Source: Octopus sinensis
Taxonomy: Eukaryota
NCBI RefSeq assembly: GCF_006345805.1
Contig: NC_043000.1
Location: forward strand, 126,170,001 to 126,234,000
DNA: 64,000 nt
Reading direction: 5' to 3'
Position 1 is the first letter of the stretch, and every line of letters begins with the position of its first letter. Made by a program: the position numbers and the translations under genes. The notes beneath the pieces were generated by a model. The model did no database searches and was not told where the DNA came from. It was given only the letters and a program-made list of their open reading frames with translations. This document shows positions 51,338 through 64,000 of the stretch, piece after piece.

Positions 51338-51984
51338 AGACAAATTTATTGTTTTCACTGTAGATTGAGTTAGTCGTTTGAGACAGATGCTGACCCATTA
51401 AGGTTAATGTTGCGAAAGTTTCAAACATTAACTTCTGCCCAAGTCAGAGGCATGTTCAAAAGTAAAAATTAAGTCAGTTGCAGCAAAGATGTTGAACTGT
51501 CCACTACCTATTTTCCAACTGCTCTCTCTCTCTCTCTCTTGATAGAGCATGGAAAATATGCAGTGGACTGCTTGATGTCTTTAATGCAACTCACTTAACT
51601 TTTACTTTCGAACATGCCTCAGACTCAGGCAGAAGTTGATGTTTGAAACTTTCACAACACTAACCTTAACGGGTCAACATCTGTCTCATACAACTAACTT
51701 GAACTACACCTGCTCCTGTCCCTTTATCATATTTTCATATCCCTCAGTACTATACTCCACTCGGTGGGAGATCTTGTCTTGCAAGTACTTGGGAATCTCA
51801 TCAGTGCTGGTGCCATGAGAGAAAGCATCCAGTATATATTCTGTAAAGTGGTTAGTGTTAGGAAAGGCATCTAGCTGCAGAAATCATGCCAAAGCAGACA
51901 TTGGAGCTTAAGCATAGCTCTCTGGCTTGTCAGTTCCTGCCTAACCACTGAACCTGACCTACAGTGAAAACGATACATTTGTCT
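51338..51984. repeat. Diverged foldback element with a 248-bp insertion in its right arm
   Basis: 51338-51525 pairs with 51545-51708 plus 51959-51984. Confidence 0.85.
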
Positions 51985-52507
51985 CATCATCATCGCTTAA
52001 CGTCTGTTTTCCATGCTAGCATGGGCTGGATGGTTCGACCGGGGTCTGCACCAGGCTCCAGTCTGATCTGGCAGTGTTTCTGCAGCTGGATGCCTTTCCT
52101 AATGCCAACCACTCCGTGAGTGTAGTGGGTGCTTTTTATGTGCCACCAGCATAGGTGCCAGGGGAGGTTGGCAATATATTATTAGTGTGTGTTTTTTTTT
52201 GTCTTGACATTGCACAATAATTGTAAGGAGCATCTCTGTCATGTTACCAATCTTTTATTATACATGTCTGGCCATGGGAATATATTTATTGCCTTGCTTG
52301 GAAGCAGGTGAAGGTTGGTGACCAGAAGGGCATCTGGGTGTAGAAAATCTGCCTCATTGAATTCCATGTAAATGATGATGATTTAGAACAATGATAGAAT
52401 ATGAATAGTTGATCCTTTATGAAGGGCCATTTATCATTGACATAGTTGATCTGCTTTGAATCAAAATAGTTCACTGTCTTTCTCTGACCAGAGCACAAAC
52501 ACTTATA

Positions 52508-52823
52508 TCAGGGATTTTGAACTGGGGTCTATAAGATTTAGGGGGTCTACATAAGCAAATTAGTAAATTGAGCCCACAGTAATATTTTATGGATCTATGA
52601 AAAAATCTAGCTTTAGACGTATTTATTGCAAAAACACAGTTATGTTCCTTTCTCTGATGTTTTACATAGTTCAGCTTACACAAGTGAATGTGTGAAAAAC
52701 AAAATAGGAATTTTGAAAGATGAATCTATAAAACTAGTTTTTAAACATCAAATGGCTATGGTAGTTCACCAGATTAAAATAGTAATCAAAGGGATCCATA
52801 GATAAAACGTGGTAGAGAACCAG
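52508..52823. mobile_element. Possible hAT-type MITE
   Basis: Ends CAGGGATTTTGAAC / GTAGAGAACCAG resemble decayed hAT TIRs; repeated GGGGTCTA subterminal motifs. Confidence 0.35.
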
Positions 52824-53296
52824 AACCATTGCTTTATATAAACAGGTAAGTAGCTTGCTTACCAACCACATAGTTCCAGGTTCAGTCCCACTGTGTGGCA
52901 TCTTGGCCCAGTGTCTTCTACTATAGTCTTGGGCCAACCAAAGCCTTGTGAGTGGATTTGGTAGACGGAAACTGAAAGACGTCCATCATATATGTGTGTG
53001 TGTATGTTCATGTGTCTGTGTTTGTCCTCCCCAACATCACTTGACAATCGATGCTGGTGCATTTGCATCCCCATAATTTAGCAGTTCGGCAAAAGAGACT
53101 GATAGAATAAGTTAATATTCTTACAAAGAATAAGTCCTGGGATTGATTTGCTCGACTAAAGGTGGTGCTCCAGCATGGCCACATTCAAAATGACTTACAC
53201 AAGTAACCGAGTAAACACCGTTTTAAGTACTCAGCACCCATGATAAGACTGTTAGAATAGACTGAGTGGCGCATTTAGTGCCCCTATGTGGTTGGC

Positions 53297-53458
53297 TTAA
53301 CCCTTTACCATTCAGATTATCCTATCAAGCGTAATACTTGGCTTTGAGATTTCTATGATGTGGTTATTTATTTTTAGAATGGCATTGTAAAGCTGAATCT
53401 GGCTGTTTTGAACGCAAAACTACATAGGCCAGACATAACCAGATTAAATGGTAAAGAG
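53297..53458. mobile_element. piggyBac-like MITE
   Basis: TTAA-CCCTTTACCATT .. AATGGTAAAGAG. Confidence 0.55.
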
Positions 53459-54107
53459 CCAAGATTGTTCAGAACAATATCATACTGCAACAACAGTATA
53501 GCTGTGTGGTTAAGAAGTTTGCTTTCCAACCATGTGGTTTCAAGTTTCAAGTTAGCGGTTCAGCAAAAGAGATCGATAGAATAAGTACTAGGCTTACAAA
53601 GAATAAGTCCTGGAGTTGATTTGCTCGACTAAAGGCTGTGCTCCAGCATGGCCACACTCAAATGACTGAAACAAGTAAAAGAGTATGTGTATATATATAT
53701 ATATATATATATTGAAAAAAGACTATAATAACAATGGGAAGTTTATGTCCATCCGAGTTAAATATTTCCAAAACTTCAATTTGGGTTTGCTGAATAGCTA
53801 AATGGCATCAAATTTTGGTACGAGGCCAGTAATTTGAAGGGAAGGGGATAAATCCAATACATTGACCCCCCAATGTTCCATTGATACTTATTTTACTGAT
53901 CTTGAAAGGATGAAGGGCAAAGTCAGGCTTGGTACATAAAGAGTCAGAAGTGCTGCTAAACATTTTGCCTGACTTGCTAATGATTCTACCAGCTCACCAT
54001 CTTCTATTAAAAAGCTAACTCAAGCCTTTGAAAAAAGAAAATGAAATTTCATGCATCATTCTATTTGATTCAAATCCATGGGTCTCCAAAACATTGTTTA
54101 GTGGCAG

Positions 54108-54319
54108 TTAACCCTTTCGTTATCAACCTGGCTGAAACCGGCTCTGGGTCTGAGTACAAATGTCTTGTTTTCAAAAGTTTTGAACTAAAATTCCCACCAA
54201 ACCTTAGACACAATTTATGTTCCTAACACTAAGTTATTTTACTAAATTTTTTGTTATATTTAAAGTAACTGAAAGAAGCACAGAGCATCTCAAAATAAAT
54301 ACAGTAACGAAAGGGTTAA
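54108..54319. mobile_element. piggyBac-like MITE with TTAA TSD
   Basis: TTAA-CCCTTTCGTTA .. TAACGAAAGGG-TTAA; inverted diverged copy at 60361-60574. Confidence 0.85.
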
Positions 54320-56477
54320 AATGTCAGCCAATAAGCGTAAGCAACACAATTCTTTGTTCATTTATCTTTTATTGTAAAATACAAATTAAGAAGAAACCCT
54401 CAAAAAAAAAAAAAGAAAAAAAAATCAGTTAAGAAATTAATGTACACATTATATACCCTACCACAATTACCAAAATTGGTAAAATAATTAAAATAAAAAT
54501 GCTCTAAAACATATTACTAAGAGTTTTATACAGACATTAGTTGACAAAACTAAATATAAAGATCTTGAGTAAAGGTAGGTTCAGGTTTGGAGAGACAGAT
54601 ACAAAGAAGAAACGGAAATAACTGCTTTCCTGGAACAATAATATACAATCATTCTGTTTATTACATAGCCACAAATATTCTGAGACTAGTGATTCTTCAA
54701 AGTAATCACTTTTCTATTTAGTCCAGACCAATAACACAAGCAGAATCCAAGAAAAAAAAAAAAAATCTACAGACATTTCTTATAACTTTGTTCAATGATT
54801 TGCATTTCTTTCCAAAGTGTAATGTAGGTTAAAAATGGTGAATCATTTGCTGTAATCACTTATAAAAAAAGATATTTCAGGATAACATTGTCTATACTTG
54901 TTTGTTTGTTTTACTAGGAGTATTTTTGAAGAAGAAATAAACATCACTATACATAATTTCAAACTGAATGAGGTTATGGTGGATTAGTGTTAAATCTAGT
55001 ATTAGTGGCTGCAATAGATAAAGTGAGTTAATCAGATAGTTTGGAATATAGGGAGGGTTTCTGATACTGAAAGAATGTTGTAACATGTTAATTATCAGTG
55101 AGCTCTGGCATCAGGAGTGCCTATATAGAAGTACACACACACATATATATATACATATATATTAATGTTGAGTTATCATAAAAACAATTTAACATTAAGC
55201 TGAAGAATTACTCAATATTCTTTTTAGAGTACATATCTATGTACTTCTTTTGAAGAATACATATTTTATAAGAGTGACAGCGATTTCAATGTTTATGCTC
55301 GCCAGCCTTATTCTCTTTCTCTCTCTCTCATATATGTGTGTGTGTGTGTGTTTCATTCAAGATTGAGACAAGTACCAATGTTTCATGTGGTAGGCCTGAT
55401 AATTGTTAAGACTTCTCACAGCATGAAACCAACAGCAGCCTTGTTAACCCACAAATAAAGAATATTTATCCACTGATGCAGTGTTGAGCACTCATTATCA
55501 CTCTTTGATATTATTATATATATCATGTGTGTGTGTGAGAGAGAGAGAGAGGAGAGAGAGAGAGAGGGGGGGGGGTGAATACAAGAAATAATAAGCAGAC
55601 AGATGGGAAAAATATATATTTACGAAAGGAAATTGATGAAACATAAATGTCTAAATGACACACAGACACAACAAAACACAGAAGACAATAAGCCCCAATA
55701 GTTAGCATTATTTCAGTCAGAGCTCAACTGAATCATACTTTATGTAGCTTAACTGGATAGGAGCATTTCATTCAAATATGTACAATATGCGGCTGATGTG
55801 CTTCATCCTATGAGTTTGTAATTAAAACAATAGGGCTATTACATAGTATCAATTATCATCATTATTATTAGTAGTAGTAATAGTGTTATGAAATTAGGTG
55901 ATAGACATTTTAAAGAGAATATATTTCTTTAAAAAAATAATGAAGATAGAAAAACAATGGAGGATGGGGTCAGAATAAAACAACCTGGCATTGAGGTTAT
56001 CTAAGATATAACAACACTGTTCAGAGAAAGACTTCATTTTGCACAACACTTTGAACATTACAAGGCAGATGTATTGGAAGAAATGGGTTTGATATTAATC
56101 ACACTCAGTAAAATCATATAGTTTCTTTTTAGGTAGAAAATATAGAAATATATTATTCTAGACTGACTGTTGATATATGCAGAAAATGTAAAATTCTAAT
56201 TAAGCATTCTCACCCAAATTCTTTACCAAAATACAAAACTTAATAGAATCAACAACTGACTAAGAATTACATAACTAAGATTTATAAACAATACCATTTC
56301 TTTCCTGCTGCAAATGCAAAAACACAATAAGCTAGACAACTGACACTTTTGAAGCAGATATCTTAATCAGTAGAGTATAAAGACTTAGGGCATAAATATA
56401 TTGCATCAAAAGAGAGAAAAACAAACAGATTACATTAAAAATTAGCAAATATGTGGTTATGAAGGTTATTTTGCAAC

Positions 56478-56816
56478 TACTGTATTTGATGGCCTATAAG
56501 ACGCCCCCTTTTTTAACCCCAAAATGACTTTAAAAATCCCTGTGTCCAATGCACTCAATGTAGGCTCAAAACCCACTCAAAACAGTATGTATGCTTACGA
56601 AACGAGTTATGCCATCTATTGGTGAACAACGCCTATGGTATGTTTATATCGAGTGTGGATGCAATAAATTGCTTATAATTACTGGCAATAACATAAAGTT
56701 ATATAGGTAAGAGGAAGAATTAAAACATTTTAGTGATAATTAATTTTACAAAAGTATAGTCTAGGTTAGGGTGCATCCTATGCACTTGTGTGTCTTTTCG
56801 GCCATCAAAAATGGTA
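56478..56816. mobile_element. pogo/Tigger-like MITE
   Basis: TA-CTGTATTTGATGGCCTATAAGACGC .. GTGTCTTTTCGGCCATCAAAAATGG-TA. Confidence 0.75.
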
Positions 56817-59053
56817 TGTTGCTTTGGTCTTGGTTCCACTGCTTGGCATCTTGGATAAGTATCCTCTACCAAAGCTTTGTGAGTGGATTTGGTAAACAGA
56901 AACTGAGTAGAATCCCATGTATGTATACATATTAATGTCTATGTGTGTGTATCTGTCTGCCTTTGTCACCCCACCCCATACTGTTTCACAACTGCTGTTA
57001 GTTTGTTTATGTCCCTGTAACTTAATAGTTCAACAAAAGGGACCAACAGAATAAGTACTAGATTAAAAAAAAAATCATAAGTATGGCTAAAATCCAGCAT
57101 GGCCACGGTACAATGATTGATACAAGTAAAAGACAATGCCAATAAAAAGACTATTAACAAACAAGGAGCATGGTGCAATGTTAATTACTAAAAGAGCACA
57201 TTCTATTAAAGAGTAATTATTTTGTATTAGGTGTCTTGTGATTTAATAATGTGATTGGTTATAGATTTCCAATGAAGCAATCACTGGCTCATTGTGTTTA
57301 TAGTTATGAGATTGACAAGAAGGCATCAGCTGGAGTTCCACAGATAAATATCACTACCAGGTATATTTTTGTTTGAATATAGCAGTTTATCAGCTTTTTT
57401 TTTTTGTTTTTACACATTATCAAAAAATACATACACACACATTAGCTGACTGCAACTTCAAGTTTATTTTTTTGGGTTTATTCTGACAGTTTGAATAAAC
57501 CTTAAAGATGAAAAACTTGAAGTCACAGTTAATCAACCCCTGTATGTAATAAATTTAAATAGGTTTTTTTTTTTAATCAAAATTAATAAATACGAGCCAG
57601 TAATGAGTCCTCTCATCAATAAATATTTGTTATTTGACAATAAACAACCCTTATTTCTTTATTGCCCACAAGGGGCTAAACATAGAAGGGACAAACAAAG
57701 GGATTAAGTCGATTACATCGACCCCAGTGTGTAACTGGTACTTAATCTATCGACCCTGAAAGGATGAAAGGCAAAGTCAACCATGGCAGAATTTGAACTC
57801 AGAAGGTAGCAGCAGACGAAATACCGCTAAGGATTTAACCCGGCGTGCTAACGTTTCTGCCAGCTCGCTGCTGTATGCTAGGATTGACAAAAAATAACCC
57901 TAACATACAGTATATATATATGTATATATGTGTGCATGTGTGTGTATATAATGGAGCTCCTCTACGAGAACCTGTATTACTTCAACCTCTTTCCTCACAC
58001 TTTAACCCTCCATCTAACATATATGCAACATCCTACCTATCTGGGTTTGTTGGTTTGCGAGCTACATGGTGACCTCAATAGTGCCAGTGACATGTAAAAA
58101 CCACCCAGTATACAATGGAAAGCAGTTGGTGTTAGGGAAGACATCCAACCACAGAAATTCTACCACAACAGACACTGGAGCAGGATGTAGTCCTTTGACT
58201 CATCAGATCTTTGTCAAACTGTTCAATCCATGGAACGCAGAAGTTAAATGATGATTTTATAGATATATATATAGAATTATGTAGGTAGAGTTAAAATCCA
58301 ATCAGTGTCCTTTTGAAGCACATCTGCTTATTCAAATATTACAATCCAGTATGCAGTTGTTGTTGCTGTATTGATGTGAAGCATGTAATATTTGGTTCTC
58401 TATCTGAAGAATTTCTAATAGGAAATTTTCTTACATGTTTATCTAACATGTTATGTTCAATTTTGTGATTCCTATAAGTAAATGAAACATATGTAATGGT
58501 AAATAAATAATACCAAAAATTTTCCAGATTCCTGTTTTATACACACACACACATATATCATACACAGCAGGCTTCTGCAGTTTCCATCTACCAAATTTTA
58601 CTCACGAAGAATTAGTCAGTTTGAAGTTATGGTCAAAAACATTTGCTCAAGTTACCAAAATGTGGGATCAAAATTCTTAGCTACACAGCCAAACTTGCAT
58701 CTATATTCATTAGAATGTTTCACAGCAAAGTAAAAGAGAAAATGAATACACAAGAGAAACCAAATATATATTTGCAGAAACTAAAATCATGTAAAAGATC
58801 ATGAGGTAGGTTTTCCAACTGAGCTAGTGAAAAATATTACAGTAAAGCTGTGTTATATTTTCTGGGTTTTTTTTTTTCTGATTCATAAAATGTCACTTCA
58901 TTTCTTAACAAAGATGAGATAAATATCTCTTTATTTTTTCCTTACAGTTAACAATGCCAGCACATATATAAATATAACAAAGTATTTAAACATTTTTACT
59001 GCACATGGAAAAATAAATAAATAACAGATTCTGTGTGTTAAAAATTTAGTGAT

Positions 59054-59096
<43 letters not shown>

Positions 59097-59381
59097 GGGT
59101 TGGGGTGGGAGGATTGTTATAATTAAAATTTTAAGATTAAGTAATGAAGAAGTCCAAATTCAATTATATATATATATATATATATATAAAATAATAAATA
59201 TTAGGGAATAAATCCTAATTTACAGGGAAAAAAATCAGATTTAGGATTAAATCCAATTTTATAGTAAAATATTATATAATATTAATTAGAGTAGTGGCAG
59301 TTTTTTTACTTTTTATTAAAATTTTATGTATTGATTAAGTCTTTCCTTGTTTGTTTTGCAAAATAGTGGTTTTGTCTCTAA

Positions 59382-59424
<43 letters not shown>

Positions 59425-59429
<5 letters not shown>

Positions 59430-59620
59430 AGAGTTTACGAAAAAAAACTACGAAGACAGGTGGTGTACAAAACAAACAGATGTATTAGTATAACACTCAG
59501 GAATAGAAAAACTCTTTTACGTTTTGAGCCTATGCTCTTCTACAGAGAGGGACACAGAAAAAACAAGGAGAGAAACAAGGAGAGAAAAAAAAGGAGAGAA
59601 ACAAAGAGAGAAAAAATATA
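59425..59620 (-). mobile_element. Penelope-like terminal-repeat remnant in (TA)n
   Basis: Minus CTCT-CTGTAGA-AGAGCATAGGCTC-AAAA-CGTA-AAAGAG; layout shared with 18273-18480. Confidence 0.45.
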
Positions 59621-60360
59621 TATTTATTAAAATGAATTATTCACACAAAAGTAAATGATAGATAACACAGAGGTCTGAAATCTAGTAAATATTCTCAGAC
59701 AGATACTTCGAGAAACTGCATCCACCTTAGAAGAAAAAAAAAAAAGTAAATTACTCATATTTCTGAGATAAGGAATTATTATGTATACTGTTTATATTAT
59801 TTGGAGTGATGCCCTCATCTTGATGGTTGCCATCACCACATTTCAGTTGGGTACACTCCAGCCTTCTTCGAGTATCTTGTGAGTCATCTTAGTGCCTTGC
59901 TTGAGACTGAACTCAAAACCCCTAGGTGACTGTACAACATTAACCAGTGCCTTTATCCACTACACTACAGCATAGCTATGGGCATTGGTTAAGCTATGGG
60001 CATCTGAGTTCAATCCCATGCCCGAGTGTACACAGCCAAAACATAAAAGCAACAAGATGGCGATACCATTCTGACTAATGTAAACAGTCTACATACGTTA
60101 CTGTTAATTGGTATAATTCAATAATACAGTAAATTTATCAGTCTTCTAAAAATAAGGCCTCTAAAGATAGCATTTCAAATTTCAGAACTTTTTAATTCTA
60201 TGGTATTGTAGAAAGTTCAGTGCTTTTTATCATAACAACATAATAATATTGATATACAGATCGGTGTATTTAGAACAAGCCTATAAAATTATATTTATCT
60301 GGAGTATCAAAAATGTAGAAGTATAAAAAAAACAGTAATGAATAAGAGCAAGAAAGTACA

Positions 60361-60574
60361 CTAACCCTTTCGTTGCAAATTTCTGTTGGGATGTTCTGTG
60401 TTTCTTTCAATAATTTTCAAATATAACAAAAGATTTAGTAAAATAACTTAGTTATCATTGAGCTAGTGTTAGGAGCATTAATTGTGATTAAGGTTTGGTG
60501 GAAAATTTTAATTCAAAACTTATGAAAACAACACATTTGTACTACAGAGCTAGAGGTGGTATTGATGGGGTTAA
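60361..60574. mobile_element. piggyBac-like MITE, second copy
   Basis: Reverse-complement similarity to 54108-54319. Confidence 0.7.
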
Positions 60575-63132
60575 TGTTTTCATTATCAGTCGAGACTAAC
60601 ATTTTCTGACTCCATTAATGTTTTTAAGTTAAAGCATTGATCATCACACAATCTTATTTCCCTCCCTTACAATAAATAAAAAATTACTATTAGGCAAATT
60701 TGATCTTTAGTAGGATTGGAACTTTAAGTTCTGAATTCAAATCCTACTTTGCCTTTCATTACTCCTGGGTCATTAAACTAGGGGTCAATGTAGGCAACAA
60801 CACCCCACCCTCAAATTGTTGGCTTTCTTCCTAGGTTAAAACAGCTTTTATTTTTGGTAGAAGTAGTGGGGTTGGTGGTGATAGCAGCAAAGTAAAAGAA
60901 AGAAAAGAATGCAGCAGTTCAAGAGGTGATGGTTGAAAGTGAAGAGAGGCAACTGAGATGTTTTTCACTAACTAGTTTGATACATCATTGTTCTAAGTCC
61001 AACTGCCACCACAGGTTACATTCTGGGGTCAATTAAATACTTAATGCCTACAATTTGCACAAAACTGGATTTTGGAATATGTCACAAGAACTTAACACAA
61101 ATAACACTGTTGATGATTACAACAGAATATATTTTATCAAGAAACAAAAGAGAGTCTGTTAATTACAAAAAGCAAAATATTTACAAAAAAAAATAATAAA
61201 TAAATAAATTCATTTATTATGATTGCAATTGTCATCATCACCACGTCATCATCTGCACAGATGCATTACCCAAGATTATATGTTGGGACTTGTGCTATAT
61301 GGCTTGTACCATATTTAATATCTACTTATTTATTGTCAGTTTTACTAGGATTAGATAGTCTTTTTTCAGACTGGTTAAGAAGACATTGCATGTAAGAAGC
61401 ACCAGCCATCTTCAACCAAACAACACATCCCCCCCCCCGCCCAAAGTTTTGTATCAGATAAATGATTAGTCAGAATGTCACAGTGCTGGATATACATCCT
61501 GTCTTAGAAATTTTTTAAAATTATGCTGTCTTAACCAGAATGTGGATATAAAGTGATATTAGGAAACAGAAAAATGAAACAAATTGAAGTTGTACAAAAT
61601 GGTCACAACCTAATAAATGAAACCAGTAAAAGAATAAAATAATAATAATAATAATTTCAAATTTTGGCACAAGGCCTGCAATTTCAGAGGAGGTGATTAA
61701 GTCAATTACATTGACATCAGTGATCAACTGGTACTTATTTTATCAACCCTGAAAGGATGAAGAGTAAAGTCGACCTTGGTGAAATTTGAACCCAGAACAT
61801 GAAGGCGGATGAAAGCATTTTGCTCAATGTGCTAACGATTCAGCCAGTTCACTGCCTTAATATTATAATTAATAATAATAATAATATGTAATTGTACCAA
61901 GTCTTATAATTTGCAGAAAGAGACCCTGTGAGGCCTTTGACAATAGGATGCTGACTGCTCCCACAGATTTAACCAGAGCAATTAAGATCAAGAACTCTGA
62001 GAAGTAATATATAATAATAGTAAAAATAACAACAAAAAGGATTAATTTTTAGTGAAATTGTAAATTATTACAAGCCACAGCCATGAAATATCAAAGCAAT
62101 GAATACAAACATACTATAATATTGATGAAATATAATTTTTTTTATTAATTAATTATGAATTATATAATATAAAAAGTACTTAAATTTAATAAATACAGAG
62201 TAAACAAAAGTTGGAAGAAATAAAGATATTTGTGTTTAAAGTGTGATGGGAGGAGGGGAGGAGCAGAGAAGAAGAAGGAAAAAGCCAAAACTGAAACTAA
62301 AGTCGAACAGTTTTAATTACTTTCATTTATTACTCATTCATTCTCTTTCAATAAATATATTTAAATGAATTTAATAATTCATTAATTTTAAAATTAGATT
62401 TCCCTAAATATCAATATATAGAAACCAGTTTTAAGTCTTGGAAAAACATTTAAAAAAAAAAATGATTAACAATAGTTTATTATGTCTGTTGTGCAGTTTG
62501 AGAAAGAAATCTCAGCGATAAAATACATAGCAGTTTAAGCAAACGTATTGCAGGAAAGCTCACCATTCCCATATAATTAAAACACATAATTTACATACAT
62601 AAAAAAAAAAGGTTTGTTAGTATATTTCTGTACAAACACACAATCATACACTTATTCAAGAGACACATTATTAGTAGGTATTATGAATTACATAACATTA
62701 ACACCCGACTATTGTTTCATTTTTATATTTTACATCCATAGTCCACTAAAGCCAAAACAAAACATTGATATTTAACAAAGAAACAAAAGAAATTGATGAA
62801 AATGGTAAATTTGCTGTCAGACTTTTAGATCAACAGAAAAAAAAAGGAAAAAAAAACACGAAATAGACACAAGAAAAAAGAAAAACAAATATTCAGATTT
62901 GTACAAGTGCCAAATACAGGTAAAAATGTCCAATTTATAAGCACTGGTGACAGATGCCTTTTTACAGTGGAAATAGGAACAGAGATCAAAATGTTTTCAA
63001 GTAAATGGCTTGTATGTTGGGGCATATTCCAAGCAGCAGGAAATATGAAAATGATGTTGGCTTTGAGGAAAGAATTAAATCAAAGAATATATCCCAGTCA
63101 AGTGTTTTCCTTTTTCAAGAATATTTAAGCAT

Positions 63133-63173
63133 TCAGCTCTGGAACAATCTAAATCCTTTTATTGAAGTAATTC
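63133..63173 (-). CDS. Candidate terminal coding exon ((G)ITSIKGFRLFQS*) followed by UTR-like sequence
   Basis: Strong acceptor CTTTTTCTCTGTTTTTGCAG|G; reading phase assumed; ~1 kb of repeat-free AU-rich sequence downstream. Confidence 0.3.
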
Positions 63174-64000
63174 CTGCAAAAACAGAGAAAAAGAATATAT
63201 GTTAACCAAAAGTTGAAATAAGTTGTAAAAGATACAATTTCATCTGTGTAAAAACAATGTCAGTTTGGCAAAAAATGTTTGTGTGACACTTGAAGTAGTG
63301 ATGTACATTAATAAATTAACTTTAGATCTATTCAAATATGTTTGGGACATATTTAACCTTGTAAAGAGGCATTTTCACTGTGGTTTGTCACGGGGAAGAA
63401 AATTTTCTGCTTGAGACAAAAGATGTTAAAAATACCAAAGTCAGTTCCAAGCACCACCTAAGGACTGGTAAATTAATTTCTAGCTTCTTAGTTGTCTTCA
63501 GCACCAGATACCAAGCAAAGCAACTCTGAAATGATTGGAGGATTTTGCTTCCTTCTAAGTCAGAAGAAAGAATCTACTGATTGCATGCACACACACACAC
63601 ACACACATACCTCACACAAACACTGTAACTTCTGCAACATAATAATCCTTTCTATTGTAGGAACAAAATCAGAAATTTGAGAGAGGGTGCTAGTTGATTA
63701 CACTAATCCTAGTACATAGCAGGGCTGTTGCCAGTGCTGCTGGACTGGCTCCTGTGCAGGTGGCATGTAAAAGCACCCACTACACTCTCAGAGTGGTTGA
63801 CGTTAGGAAGGACATCCAGCTGTAGAAACTTTGCCAGATCAGATTGGAGACTGGTACAGCCTTCTGGCTCACTGGCCCTCAGTTAAACTATTAAACCCAT
63901 GCCAGCATGGTAAGTGGGCATTAAACGACGATGATGATGATATCCATAGGCTTCAGCCCAAAAGTCCTCTGGAAAAAGCCAGTTAATTGATCCCTCCCAA

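Noticed and set aside
59630-59725. Phase-0 reading VDAVSRSICLRIF.. resembling a Cys-loop receptor M4 region
   Set aside because: Too polar and short, no other receptor exons found; likely coincidence

Overview
AT-rich eukaryotic, repeat-dense DNA with many microsatellites. The SINE/LINE repertoire suggests an octopus (cephalopod) genome; this is an inference from repeat style only. The largest recognisable unit is a near-full-length, triply frameshifted RTE-clade LINE on the minus strand (~20.2-24.65 kb; APE endonuclease + RT with a PHD-like Cys/His insert). Around it are fragments of R4/Dong, CR1 and other LINEs, dozens of tRNA-derived SINEs, non-autonomous Helitrons (including an exact head-to-tail pair), a Helentron-like element, mariner/pogo/piggyBac MITEs, long foldback palindromes and Penelope-like remnants with decayed minimal hammerhead motifs. 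Host-gene signal is weak: a likely first coding exon with a signal-peptide-like segment on the minus strand (6171-6486) in a CpG-retaining region, and a possible minus-strand 3' gene region (43-63 kb) with several candidate terminal exons. Almost all other ORFs in the track are microsatellite or SINE artefacts. Coordinates of degenerate repeats are approximate.
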